From NCBI GenBank assembly GCA_964016885.1, contig OZ024744.1, positions 87,544,001 through 87,608,000 on the forward strand: a DNA stretch of 64,000 nucleotides, in the 5' to 3' direction. Shown here piece by piece: positions 40,619 to 54,472 of this stretch. How positions within the stretch are numbered: the first letter of the stretch is position 1; each line of letters begins with the position of its first letter. The notes under the pieces were generated by a model. The model saw only the letters and a list, made by a program, of their open reading frames with translations. It did no database searches and was not told the DNA's origin. The translations under genes and the position numbers were made by a program. The DNA is from Eledone cirrhosa. Taxonomy: Eukaryota.

Positions 40619-41047
40619 ACGCACGCACACACACACACTAATACACACACACAGCGCGCGTGCACACAGACTCACACGCGCGCGCACACGCACACGTACG
40701 CACGCACACACACACACACACATACATACACACACTCACAGACACACACACGCACGCACACACACATACATACACACACTCACAGACACACACACGCACG
40801 CACACACACACGCGCACACACACACACACACATATATATATGTATATATATATATATATATGTATATTAATATATACGTATTTATTGGCTTATTATACGT
40901 GCACGTTCCTAAAATTCAGGGCCTAAAAACTCCCAGCGAATTATACGTCGTGTGATATGCTGATAAATACGATTTATAATATGGTTTTCAGTTTAAGGAA
41001 GGTACGCAATGAATGTAAGGTACACGTTACACTTATCTATCTATCTA

Positions 41048-41176
41048 TTCGATTGTTAAATTTAATATTATTATTATTAATTCTTTTTTCTTTACTCGCC
41101 TGTAGGTAAACTCCCCACTATATGTATGTATTTGTATTTTTCCCAATCTTTTTGCGCCCTTGTGGCAAATAAAGAA

Positions 41177-41177
<1 letters not shown>
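41048..41177 (+). mobile_element. Tx1-family 3'UTR-only fragment between (TCTA)n tracts
   Basis: ttcgattgtt...tgcgcccttgtggcaaataaagaaa matches the 3' end at 48143-48243. Confidence 0.75.
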
Positions 41178-41261
<84 letters not shown>

Positions 41262-42515
41262 CTACAGCTTGACTGTCGTGCCTTGTCCCCGTGATAACTT
41301 CACTAAGATGGAACGCATGCTCTTCCAGTTCCTGTGGAAGAAGCAGGCTCCACTAGTGAGGAGATCCGTCTGCTGTAAACACCCGTCCAACGGAGGGCTG
41401 GGCATGCCGTGGCTAATGATGCGCAAACATGGGCTGAGGCTACGGCATCTACAGGTATTCTTCACCGACTATCCAGTGTGGGCACCGTTTGTGAGACAGG
41501 CCTTCCCACAACTTGTCTCGCTGATGGAGCTGCAGTCCTGGGTCAAGAAAAGACCGAAGAAGATGGGCGCCTGGCACATTGAATGCTCCCAGGTGCTCAC
41601 AGTCCTCTGTCAAGCATCACAGCAATCAGTGGAGACTCCACTTCGACATTCTATAGAGGGTTAGTACTTTACAAGTGCGACGACGTGCTCGGGGCGACGC
41701 TAGGCGTCGGGGACGACTAGCTCACCAGTGTGTTCGGTAAGACTTTTCGGCCCGGATCTATGGACAACTTCCAGAGGTCTCTGGCCTGGCAGTGCTACCG
41801 AGGAGCTCTACCCGTTTGAGATAAGATCTACAGGCACGGACGCCCCGGCAGGGATCCTTTCCAGAGGACGTGTCCAAGATGCGAGCAGGACAGATGCAAT
41901 TGTACACTGCCCGGGCGTAACCGATCACTGGAACTATGCAGATCAACTGCTGTCGCGTATGGGGCAAATCCAGTTGACTGCGGAGTCCATAGTAAGGATC
42001 AAACCGCCAGCCTCTTTCAAAAACGAAAGAGAGGAGGTTTTCTCCTGTACAGTGGCTATGGTGAAAGAGGTTATATGGTGGACGAGATTGAGAGGACTGA
42101 GGACAGATGCCTTTCTCTCCGGACAACAATTGATTCCTTTCTTTAAGTATCACTTGAGAAGAAGAATCAGAGTGCAGAGAGAGGCACTGCACCCCAGTAA
42201 ATTTACTGAAAGGTGGGTGAATGAAGCGAAAATGGCCGGAGTGATTGGGCCATCTCTGTTTATAAGCCCGTAGGTTAAAGAATAGAGCAAAAGGAAGAAG
42301 GGAGCACTTGCACAACACGCTCCTGAAGTTGAGGGTTGTTCTACCGATGGGATATTAAACAACCCATTATGGCGTCTCCCCCCTATTGGGGATTTCGATT
42401 GTTATAATTGTTTGTTTTATATATTATTTTTTTTTACACGACTGTATGTAAAATCCTCGGTATGTGTCTTTGTATTGTTAATTTTTCTTGTGCGCCCTTG
42501 TGACAAATAAAGAAA
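41262..42515 (+). mobile_element. 5'-truncated Tx1-clade LINE (subfamily A)
   Basis: ORF2 C-terminus and 3'UTR closely match 46996-48243; (TCTA)n on both sides. Confidence 0.93.
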
Positions 42516-42797
42516 TATATCTATCTATATATCTATCTATCTATTTCTCTATCTATCTATCTGTCTATCTATCTATCTCTGTATCTGCCTGACGCGTGAA
42601 ATATCGCCGGTAAGCTTTTTTGTTAATTTCTATGCAAAAAACCGAACTAATTGTTTGAAAAAACATATCATTTTGTAGATTAACCCCCAAGCTGAATTGT
42701 CAGCTCGGTGGTAATCCCATTTTTCGCCCCCTTAAGGGCGAAAATTTAATTAAAAAATTGTTTTAAAATATATAAGTTTGCCAACTATAAAACACGA

Positions 42798-44592
42798 ATA
42801 GCTCAGAAAAAAACGCTAGAGAACGTCGACAGAGAGAAAAGAGGTAGAGAAGCAGATATTAACGTTATATCTGCTTCTGCTACTATGGACGTCGCCGTAG
42901 ATACGACTGTCAACAAAGAGAAACAAATATTACCACTTGAAGATTTTAAAATGTCTACCGTCGAACCGGAGAAAAATAACAATAACACACAGGAAAACAC
43001 AGGAATTAAACCCATTAACATATACACATGAAAAAGACAACATCAACAACTCCACAGATACATCTACAAATAAAGTATCACCTCGTCAAGGAATTGAGAT
43101 TTCCAACACCGAGGCTAACAACTATAACAACAACAACAACAGCAACACCACACAAAACAAATGTCGTTCGCTTAAACTGTGAACAAAAAACAAGATTTTA
43201 TAAATCTTGACATCTCCAATGCAAAAGATATGCTCCAGCAAGGGAGAACATTTTTAACTTTCGAAGACAAGGGTGGGTTTAGAATTAACACAACGAGAAA
43301 GCCGATATTTGTTAGTTAAGCAGATATAGAAGCGACCTTCAAGGAGACTCTAGCAAATATCGACTTTATCCAACGAGGAAAACGTACTGTTTGAAAGCGA
43401 GGCACTCCCCCCAAAACATACTGTGAGACCAATGGTGTCAAAAGCATTCACCTTTTTCCCTACGTACATGGGGAAAAGGACACAGAAAATAAAAATAAAA
43501 AATATACCACCAAACATTAACATCTAGTGGATCTTGGCTGGCTTCGTAGAGCCAGAGACTGATATGATTCTTTCGATACGAAAGTCTATTAGACAAATGT
43601 GGGCGGGTACTGATTTGGAGATTCTGATTCAAATCAGGACGGAAAGAATCTCCAAAATATCCGAAAAAGTCGTCAACGACGACAACAACCATATAAACAT
43701 TACGGTGGAGGGTCGAAAACTTCATTGCTTTCACTGTGGTAGCACAGCACACATAAAGGCCTCCTGTACTTCACAAACACACTACAACATCATTAAAAAA
43801 ACACTATTACCAACACCAACACCAAAACAACCAACACCACAAGTACAACAACAGACGAAACGAGCAAACACACCAAAAAACAAACATCCACTCAACCAAC
43901 AACAGAAAAAACACAGACAACACCCCTGAAGAACACAGCCCCACACCATCCCACTCCATCAAACACTACCACAAACACACACATCGAAACACCACCACCA
44001 CACAACATACCCCTACGGCACACTCCTGACGATGATTATTCAACGACAGAGGAGGCTGCTTCTCCTTCTTTAAGTGAAGAAGAAGGAGGGCCTCTGAAAT
44101 CTAAGAAACAAAAAAGACACAACAAAACCCCCAAAACTCCAATCACCAACACCAACACACAACCACAGACACAAACAACAACACAAACAACACCATAGTC
44201 AAACATCCCCCTACTAGCAAAACCAACACAAACGCCACCCCAAACACAAGCACCCACCATAAAAAGAAAACTCCCGGACGAACAACAAACTAAGGCAACA
44301 CAACAAAAACACAAACAACAAGAGTTTGATGGAGGCCATCTCCCAAAACCCTAAGGTGGAGACGGAGGGCAAAACTTTCGTCAAAGCAGAATCGTCTCCA
44401 CACCTAAAACTAATAAGGGTTTCGATAGAAACCTATCAAAACTTGAAAAAAACAGTTTTCGCAGGATGTTGGCAACCCCTGTCAAAAACCTATTAACCAC
44501 GTTCTATTAAAATGTTTCACCACCCACCCAACACCACCCCCAGAACTGAAATGGAAATTGAACAACCCGATCTCCAGGAAACGAAAAGGTAA
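42798..44592 (+). pseudogene. Element A ORF1 (gag-like, CCHC zinc knuckle, Pro/Thr-rich tail), disrupted
   Basis: CFHCGSTAHIKASC; ends MEIEQPDLQETKR*. The start position is inferred. Confidence 0.82.
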
Positions 44593-44633
44593 GTGCACCT
44601 TTTCGTCCTTTTTGCCAACTCTTCTCCACCAGC

Positions 44634-47600
44634 ATGGCTAGTTAACGAGTTGAAAGCGTGAATGTGCGTGGCCTAAGGATGCCCTGGAAACAGGGCCAAC
44701 TTTTAAACGACCTTAGGTCACACGGTATGGATGTGATAGCCATCACCGAGTCCAGGATCCACAACAGGCAGCAACTAACCCCCCTCTTCGATGACTTTGA
44801 GATCTACGCATCTCTGTCAGCCAGGAGGTGGAGGGGGATTGGCTGTCATGTTTCGGAAGAACCTGGACGTTGAAGTACAACAAGTACACTTGGACCCGGA
44901 GGGTAGACTGGTACTCCTAGACGTGAACAGTATTGTAGGTGGCGCCTTCAGACTGGTGGCCCTTTATGCCCCCACCGGGCAATCGCAATCACGGCCAGAC
45001 TTCTTTAAGCGTCTAGAGTCTTTTCTGGAAACATCTCGCTCCCTACTTTTAGATGGGGACTGGAATGGTATCCTAAATGCACGATGGGACTATGTGGGAG
45101 CATGTCCCAGTAGAGGGGGGTGCAACAGCCTCAAAACTTTAATCGGCCAATTCCAACTGACCGATAGGTATCGACTGGATTTCCCGACTGCACCACAGTG
45201 GACGTGGGCAAACCGCAGCGGGACATGTAGATCGTATTTAGATAGGTTCTTCATTAGATAACGAGACAAGGAGATGTTAAGCTGTCCACGAATGCGCATG
45301 GCTGCCTACTCAGATCACAAATTAGTCGTCTGCTTAGTCAACCGTGATAGAATACATAGACAGGGACCCAGATACTGGAAGCTGAACGTGTCGTTGCCGG
45401 CACGTAAAGCTTACAGTGAACGGATAACTAGTCAAGCAACAGTTAACGGGAGCCATCGTCATCAATAGATAGTGGTACTCTCTCAAGAAAGCAATTAGAG
45501 TAGAATCGATAGAGTTTAGCAGAGAGTTAGCCTTAGAGAAAAACAAAATAGAAAGAGAACTAATAGCCAAGGTAGAGGAGGCACTTAGAAGTGGCAACGC
45601 GGCTAGAGTGTTAGCGTCGAGAATGGCACTAGACCAGTTCTTCGACGCGAAACACGAAGGCTGCGTGGTCAGAAGCAAAACACGTGCTCTAGGAAACGAA
45701 GGAGCGAAAGCTGTCAGCTGGGCCCGAGTGGCGGAGGCAAAAAGTGGCAACAAGTCCATGATTCGGTCTTTGAGAGACCAAAACAGACGCGTGTTACTTG
45801 ACCCCAATCAAATGTGCGCGTCCTTTCAGCGGCACTTTGCGCGACTGTTTGAGCAGAACGACGGTGAGCCGAACGGGGTACTGGACTTTAGTTCATACCT
45901 CGACGGCCTGCCGCGTCTCTCGAACACGGACACTGAGATACGGGACGTTCTGGGCCGCTGCGGGAAACGCAAGTCACCAGGTCTAGATGGTCTACCCTAT
46001 GAGTTTTACATAGGCATGCTGGACTTATAATCTCGCGTCTTCGAAGCTGTTTACTGCAATTGGCAGCAAAACGCGAGAATTCCCAGTTTTGCAGGCAAGG
46101 GCGTAGTAACGCTGATCAGGAAAGACGAGAACAAGGGGGACGAAATTAACAACTTCAGGCCCATAACACTGCTCAACACAGAGTTAAAGATTTTGGCCAA
46201 GTTGCTAGCGACGAGGTTGGCGCTTGTCGTCGAGAATCTGGTAGGGAAAGCGCAAACGTGTGCATACACGACAACCTCCATCTCATGCGATACATCATAG
46301 AGAGGGTGGGTAGTAAACCCGGCTTCGGTGGGGCTCTGATCAATTTGGATCAGTCTAAGGCATTCGATAGGGTCGACCATCGATACTTGGAAGTGGTTCT
46401 CAAGGCGACCGGTTTCGGTACCGTGTTCAGAGGCTGGATCGAGGCGATGCACACCAGCATGTGCTCGAGGGTCAAGGTAAACGGCTATCTATCGGAGCCG
46501 TTCGCAATCACGCGTTCCATTCGACGGGGCTGCCCTCTCTCCTCCATTCTGTATGTATTGACTCTAGAGCCACTACTGCGGAAATTGGAGCTGTTGCAGG
46601 GCATCCCTCTAAAACCGCGACTGCGCAAAGCGGCGTCGGCTTATGCCGACGACGTAACGGTAATCGTGTCGAGCACCTCGGAAATCGGGGTGATCGGTAA
46701 CTTACTGAAAGAATACGAAACGGTGACGGGAGCAAAACTAAACCCGGACAAGTCTATCGGTTTGCAACCCGGTACGTGGAGAGGCAAACCGATGACGTCC
46801 GACAGCGTCATTGTACGCTGGACGGACGGACCGGTGAATTTGCTCGGGGTCTGGTTCGGTCCAGCCCTCCAGGTGGAGAAAAACTGGAACTAGGTCACAG
46901 CCAAGGTGTTTGCGCTCATCCAAAAGTGGGCAGAGTGCAAACTGTCCTTGAAAGGTAGAGCGGAGGTGGCGAACAATTTCATAGCGCCCGTCGTCTACTA
47001 CCGCTTGACTGTCGTGCCTTGTCCCCGTGAACACCTCGCCAAGATGGAACGCATGCTCTTCCAGTTTCTGTGGAAGAAGCAGGCTCCGCTGGTGAGGAGA
47101 TCCGTCTGCTGTCAGCACCCTTCCAACGGACGGCTGGGAATGCCGTGGCTGATGGTGCCCAAACATACGCTGGGGCTGCAGCATTTCCAGGTATTCCTCA
47201 CCGACCCCCAACCGGTGTGAGAACCGTTTGTGAGACAGGCTTTCCCACAGCTCGTCTCGCTGACGGAGCTGCAGTCCTGGGTCAAGAAAAGACCGAAAAC
47301 TATGGGCGCCTGGCACATTGAATGCGCTCATGCGCTAACAGTCCTCTGTCAAGCGGGCGCAGCAATCAGTGGAGACTCCACTTCGACATTCTATAGAGGG
47401 ATTGTACGTTACAAGAGCGACGACGTTTCGGAGAGACTCTGGGCGTTGAAGACGATGAGCACACCAGTCTGTTTGGTAGGACTTTCAACCCGGGATCTAT
47501 GGACAACTTCCAGAGATCCGTGGCCTGGCAGTGCTATCGAGGAGCTCTACCGGTTCGTGACAAGATCTACATGCACGGACGCCCCGGCAGGGATCCTTCC

Positions 47601-48022
47601 AAGAGGACGTGTCCAAGATGCGCGCAGGACATTGAAACAGTCCTGCACGCAACTGTACACTGCCCGGGCGTAACGACCTGTGGAACAATGCAGAACAACT
47701 GTTGTCGCGTATGGGACAAATCCAGTTGACTGCCGAGTCCATAGTAAGGATCAAACCGCCAGCCTCTTTCAAAAACGAAAGAGAGGTGGTTTTCCTCTGT
47801 ACGGTGGCTATGGTGAAAGAAGTTATATGGTGGACGAGATTGAGAGGACTGAGGACAGATGCTTATCTCTCCGGACAACAATTGATTCCCTTCTTAAAGT
47901 ATCACTTCAGGAGAATCTGAGTGGAGAGAGAGGCACTGCACCCCAGTAAATTTACTGAAAGGTGGGTGAATGAAGCGAAAATGGCCCGAGTGATTGGGCC
48001 TTCTCTGTTTATAAGCCTGTAG
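44634..48022 (+). pseudogene. Element A ORF2 (AP endonuclease plus reverse transcriptase), with stops and frameshifts
   Basis: NVRGL, GDWN, SYLDRF, SDH, YWKLN, KSPGLDGLP, NFRPITLLN, LDQSKAFDRVDH, RRGCPLS, AYADD, CPRC..ETVLH. Confidence 0.95.
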
Positions 48023-48404
48023 GTTAAAGAAGAGAGCAAAAGGAGGAAAGGAGCACTTGCACAACACGCTCCTGGAGTTGAGGGTTGTTCTATCGACGGG
48101 GTATTAAACAACCCATTTGTGGCGCTTCCCCCTATTTGGGATTTCGATTGTTGTAATCGTTTGTTTTATATTTTTTACACGACTGTATGTAAAATCTCTC
48201 TATTGTCCCCTTTTCTTGTGCGCCCTTGTGGCAAATAAAGAAATATATCTATTTATCTATCTGTCTATCTGCATACCTAGTTACCTATCATTCTTTCTAT
48301 CTATCTATCTATTTATCTGCCTGTCTGTCTGTCTATCTGTCGGTTTATTTGCGGTCTTTTATCCCTTCTTTTTTATTGTCTTTTTAATTCTTCTAGATGA
48401 TATG

Positions 48405-48443
<39 letters not shown>

Positions 48444-49021
48444 GCTCACTCTCATTCTCTCACTCTCTCTCTCACTCCCCTTCTCTCTCAGTTTCTCTCT
48501 CTCCCTCTCTCTAACTTTCTCTATAAATTTCCCTTTCACCTTTCCTTTCATATCCACTTCATCACTAACTTTCTCTCTATCATTCTTTAATTCTTTTTTT
48601 TTCTCTCTGTTTGTGACTCTACTTTCCTTTCAAATATTTATTTATTTATTTATTTATTTATTTATTTTACTTATTTATGTGTTGGGGTGCCACTTGTTGA
48701 CATTGTGTCGCCTTGTAATCTTTCTATCAACAACTTGTCTCTATAAGTGACGCCAGCTAACGTATGACATTGCATTTGTTATGTTTGTTTTGTTATTTTT
48801 TGTTGTTGTGAGTTTTGGTAGATGTTTTACTTTATTTTTCGTTCCATGTAAACCAACCATCGAAACAAGAATTCAAACCTGTTGAGTTGTAAATCTTGCC
48901 CGTAATTTCCTCCTGTAAACTCACGTGTGTGTGTGTGTATGTGGGTGGGTATGTGTGAGTGTGTGTACAGAGAGAAGGGAGAGACGTATACAGTAAAAGA
49001 TATACGAGTAAGAGAGAGATG

Positions 49022-49074
<53 letters not shown>

Positions 49075-49076
<2 letters not shown>

Positions 49077-49408
49077 TTCTTTATTTGTCGCAAGGGCGCA
49101 CAAGAAAAGGGGACATTACAAAGTCACATGTCGGGGGGTTTACATACAGTCGTGTAAAAATATTATTAAAACAAACAAAAATAACAATCGAAATCCCGAA
49201 TAACGGGGGGCGTCATAAATGGGTTGTTTAATACCCCGTCGATAGAACAACCCTCAACTTCAGGAGCGTGTTGTGCAAGTGCTTCCTTCTTCCTTTGCTC
49301 TCTTCTTCAACCTACATGTTAATATACAGAGAAGGCCCAATCACTCGGGCCATTTTTGCTATATTCACCCACCTTTATTGGGGGCGCAGTGCCTCTCTGT
49401 CCACTCTG
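49075..49408 (-). mobile_element. Tx1 3' fragment abutting (GATA)n at 49022-49074
   Basis: Reverse complement matches the end of ORF2 and the 3'UTR of element A. Confidence 0.88.
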
Positions 49409-49892
49409 TAGCCACAGGGGCACAAATGAAGGGGACAAATACAAAGGGGGAAGTTTACATACAATAAAAACGTGTAAAATATTATCAAAAATGCAATTTA
49501 ATAATTAGTCGATTTTCCCCAATAGGGGGAGACATTACATATGGGTAACACATACCCCCCAAAAAAATTGTGCAACCCTCATCTCCAGGAGTATCAAGAG
49601 TTTGTACTCCTTTCCTCTCCTCCTCCTTTTCCTCAACCTACAGGCTGATATAGAGTGAAGGCCCATTCACTCGGGCCATTCTCGCCACTTTCACCCACCT
49701 TTCATAAAGCTTGCTGGGGTACAGCACCTCTCTCTCCATCCTGATTCTTCTTCCAAAGTGGTATTTGAAAAAAAGAATCAGTTGTTGGCCGGAGAGAAAG
49801 GTGTCTGATCTCAGCCCTTTCAACCTTGTCCACCATACAACCTGTTCGCCATAGCTATCACACAAAGGAAAACCGCCTCTCCTTCGTTTTTT
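49409..49892 (-). mobile_element. Tx1 3' fragment of a more diverged subfamily
   Basis: VVWWTRLKGLRSDTFLSGQQLILFFKYHF..RVNGPSLYISL*, with a diverged 3'UTR. Confidence 0.85.
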
Positions 49893-50931
49893 AAGGAAAG
49901 GGGACAATACAAAGACACATGCCGGGGATTTTACATACAGTCATGTAAAAAAAAAAATATATAGATAGATATAAGACAAACAATTATAACAATCGAAATC
50001 CCCAATAGGGGGGGGGGGGGGAGACGCCATAAATGGGTTGTTTAATACCCCGTCGATAGAACAACCCTCAACTTCAGGAGCGTGTTGAGCAAGTGCTCCC
50101 TTCTTCCTTTTGCTCTCTTCTTTAATCTACAGGCTTATAAACAGAGAAGGCCCAATCACTCGGGCCATTTTCGCTTCATTCACCCACCTTTCAGTAAATT
50201 TACTGGGGTGCAGTGCCTCTCACTCCACTCTGATTCTTCTTCTAAAGTGATACTTAAAGAAGGGAATCAATTGTTGTCCGAAGAGAAAGGCATCTGTCCT
50301 CAGTCCTCTCAATCTCGTCCACCATATAACCTTTTTCCCCATAGCCACTGTACAGAGGAAAACCGCCTTTCTTTCGTTTTTGAAAGAAGCTGGCGGTTTG
50401 ATCCTTACTATGGACTCGGCAGTCAACTGGATTTGTCCCATACGCGACAACAGTTGTTCTGCATAGTTCCAGAGGTCGGTTACGCCCGGGCAGTGTACGA
50501 TTGCGTGCAAGACAATTTCAATGTTCTGCTCGCATCTTGGACACGTTCTCTTGGAAGGATCCCTGCCGGGGTTTCCGTGCGTGTAGATCTTATCTCCAAC
50601 GGGTAGAGCTCCTCGGTAGCACTGCCAGGCTAGGGACCTCTGGAAGTTGTCCATAGATCCCGGGCGGAAAGTCCTACGGAACAGACTGGTGAGCTAGTCG
50701 TCTTCGACGCCTAGAGTCTCCCCGAGTACGTCGTCGCACTTGTAAAGTACTAACTCTCTATAGAATGTCGAAGTGGAGTCTCCACTATTTGCTGTGCCCG
50801 CTTGACAGAGGACTGTGAGCGCCTGTGCGCATTCAATGTGCTAGGCGCCCATCTTCTTCGGTCTTCGCTTGACCAAGGACTGCAGCTCCATCAGCGAGAC
50901 AAGTTGTGGGAAGACCTGTCTCACAAACGGT
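49893..50931 (-). mobile_element. 5'-truncated Tx1 copy (subfamily A)
   Basis: Reverse complement of ~41484-42475; the 5' junction sits in tatctatcta. Confidence 0.92.
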
Positions 50932-51190
50932 GTAGATAGATATCTGTCTTTATTTGCCACAGGGGCGTTCAAAAACGGGACATTACAAGACGGTTGTTTT
51001 ACTTCAAAATCATATAACTTTAACATTAATAAATAACAATAAACTATATATAATAAAATAACAATTGAAATCCCCAATAGAGGGGAACGTTACTGCAAGG
51101 TTGTTTTACACATCGTGGATAGAACAACCCTCAACACCACGGACACGTTTTGTAGGTGTTCCTGTCTTCCCTCTCTTTATCTTCCTAAAC

Positions 51191-54100
51191 CTACAGGTTT
51201 ATATACAGAGAAGTCCCATTCACTCGGGCCATTTTCGCCATATTCACCCACCTTTAAGCGAATTTACTGGGGTGTAACACCTCTCTCTCCACTCTCACCT
51301 TCCTTCTGAAGTGGTAATTAAAGAAGGGTATGAGCTGTTGTCCGGAGAAAAAGGTGTTTGCCCTCAGTCCTTTTAACCTCATCCACCATATTACACTCTT
51401 TCGCTACCAGACAGAGGAATCCCGCCTCCCCTTCATTCTTAAATGAAGGCGGCGGGGTGATCCTCATGATGCACTCGGCTGACAACTGGATGCGTTCCAC
51501 ACGTGACAGTAGCTGTGTTACATAATTCCACCGGACGGTCAGCCCTGGGTACTGAATAATGCGTGCAGAACGGTTTCGATGTCCTGCTTCCATCTTGTAC
51601 AGGTCCTTTTGGCAGGATCTCTGCCAGGGCGTCCGTGACTGTAGATTTTGTCGCGAACTGGTAGACCTCCTCGGTAGCACTGCCAGGCCAGAGACCTTTG
51701 GAAGTTATCCATAGGCCCTGGACGGAAAGTCCTCCTGAACAGACTGGTCAGTTCGTCCTCCTCGCTGCCTAGAGTTTCCCCGAGAACGTCGACGCACTTA
51801 AACTCCACTAATTCCTTATAGAATGTCGAAGTGGAGTCTCCGCTGATTGCCGGTTCAGCTTGGTAGAGGGCTGTGAGCGCTTGAAGGCCCCAGAGGTGCC
51901 AGGCACTCATTTTCGGTCTTCGCTTGACCCAGGACTTCAGCTCTGTTAGTGAGACGAGTTGTGGAAGAGCTTGTCTCACAAACGACAGCCACACCGGTTC
52001 ATCGGGCAGGAATATCTGGAGATGGCGTAGCCTCAGCGCGTGTTTGCGCATCATCAACCACGGCATGCCCAGCCTTCCGTTAGAAGGGTGTTGACAGCAT
52101 ATTGTTCTCCTCACCAAGGGAGCCTGTTTCTTCCAGAGCAACTTGAAGAGTAGGCGATCCATTTTGGTGAGGTATTCGCGGGGACAAGGCACGACTGTCA
52201 AGCGGTAGTAGATGACGGACGCTATGTAAGTGTTCGCTACCCCGCTCGACCTTTCAAGGAGAGTTTGCACTCAGCCCCCATCTGGGTGAGTGCAAACACC
52301 TTCGCCGTGACCTCGTTCCAGTTCTTGTCCACCTGGAGGTCTGGAACAAACCATACCCCAAGCCATTTCACCAGTCCTTCGGCCCAACGTCCAATGACAC
52401 TGTCGGGAGGCCTGGGTTTGCCTCTCCATGTGCCGAGTTGCAAACCGACAGACTTGTTTGGGTTTAGTCCTGCTCCTGTCAACGTTTCGTATTCCTGTAA
52501 TAGGTTGCCGATTACCCCGATTTCCGAGATTTTCGATACCATGTCGTCGGCATAGGCCGACGCTGTTTTCCGCAGTCCTGGTTCGATCGCGTGCCCTGCA
52601 ACAGCTCCAACTTCAGCAGTAATGGCTCGAGATTCAGTACATACAGAAGGAGAGGGGGCATCCCTGACGAATGGAACGCAAGATTTGGAATGGCTCCGAT
52701 AGGTAGCCCTTCATCTTGACTGCCGAGCAGATGCTGGTGTGCATGGCAGCGAACGATCCAGCCTCTGACGATGGGACCGAAGCCTTGAGAACCACTTCTA
52801 AGTATTGATGGTCCACCCTATCAAATGCCTAAGACTGATCTAAATTGATCAGAGCCCCACCGAAGCCAGGTTTACACCCTGCCCTCTCTATGATGTATCG
52901 CATGCGGTGGAGGTTGTCGTGTATGGACTTGGTCGGGATTGCAAACGTTTGCTCTTCCCCTACCAGTTTCCCGACGACAAGGGCCAGCCTCGCTGCTAAC
53001 ACTTTGGCCAAAATCTTTAACTCTGTGTTGAGCAGAGTTATAGGTCTAAAATTGCTTACCTCATTCCCCTTGTTCTCATCTTTCCTGATCAGCGTTACTA
53101 CGCCTCTGCCTACAGAACTGGGAATCCTCCATTTCTACTGCCAGTTGCAGTAGATCGCTTCGAGGAAGCCAGAGAACAAGTTTGTCATGCCTGTGTAAAA
53201 CTGATAGTGTAGACCATCTAAACCGGGTGATTTGCGTTTCCCGCAGCGGCCTAAGGCATCTTCTATTTTGCCCGCTGTGATCGGCCTTTTGCAGCTCTCT
53301 GCATCCGTGCTCGAGAGTTGTGGTACGCCGGCGAAGTAGGAGCTGAAGTCCATCACCTCGCTCGACGTACTGCTTTGCCCGAACAGTTGTTCAAAGTGTT
53401 GCTGGAAGGCCGTGCATATCTGCTTGGATGCAAGTTGAATGCGTCCATCTTTGTCTTTCAAAGACCGAATTGTGGATGTGTTGCCACTTTTCGCCTCTGC
53501 CACTCGTTCCCAGCTAACAGCTTTGGCTCTCTCGTTTCTTAGAGCACGTGTTCTACTTATGACAATACAACCTTCGTGTTTCACGTTGAAGAACTGGTCT
53601 AGTGCCGTTCTCGCCGCTAGCACGTCAGCTGCACGTAAACTGGCACTTAACTAAGGTGCTAATCTGTTTACTGTAGTCCTTACACGCCGGAAGCGACATG
53701 TTTAGCTTCCAGTATCCGGGTCCCTGTCTATGTGTTCTATCAAGGTTGATTACGGAGGTGATTAATTTGTGGTCTGAATAGGCAACCATGTGCATTTGTG
53801 GACAGCTTAATGTTTCCTTATCATTCTATCTAATTAAAAATCTATCTAAATACAATCTAGAAGACCCAGTGCGGTTGCTCCACGTCCACAGTGGTGCACT
53901 TGGGAAGTCTAGTCGATATCTATTAGCCAGTTGGAATTGGCTGATGAGATTTTTGAGGCTGTACACCCCCCTCCCCTCTATTATCACAAGCTCCTACATA
54001 GTCCCAACATGCATCTAAGATGCCATTGCAGTCCCCCATTAACACTAACGAGCGAGACGTTCTCAGGAATGGCCCCCACCCTTGAAGAACTCTGGTCGCG

Positions 54101-54432
54101 ATGTCCCAGTCGGGGTATATACGACCACCAGTCTGAAAGCTCCACCTTCACTACCATTCACGTCCAGGACTACCAAGCTGCCCTCCGGGTCCAAGTGAAT
54201 CGTCTGTGCTTTGAGATCCAAGTTTTTTTCCTCTACCTCCTGGCTGACAGAGAGATGCGTAGATCTCAAAGTCATCGAACATGGGGGTTAGCTGCTGCTT
54301 GTCGTGAATTCTGGACACGGTGATGGTTATCACATCTATACGATGTGACCTGAGATCATTTAAAAGCTGGCCCTGTTTCCAGGGCATGCCCAGGCCACGT
54401 ACATTCAAACATCCAACTTGTATAGTCGCCAT
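51191..54432 (-). pseudogene. Element B ORF2 (APE plus RT), disrupted
   Basis: MATIQVGCLNVRGL, KSPGLDGL, INLDQS, RQGCPLS, AYADD. Confidence 0.93.
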
Positions 54433-54472
54433 TTGGGTGAAGAAGAGTTAGGGAGAGAAAAGGCGGGAACAC

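Larger units (their letters stand above)
42586..48243 (+). mobile_element. Near-full-length decayed Tx1/L1-clade LINE, element A (~5.7 kb)
   Basis: 5'UTR, ORF1, ORF2 (APE, RT, Cys-rich C-terminus), 3'UTR ending aataaagaaa; (TCTA)n-like flanks. Confidence 0.95.
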
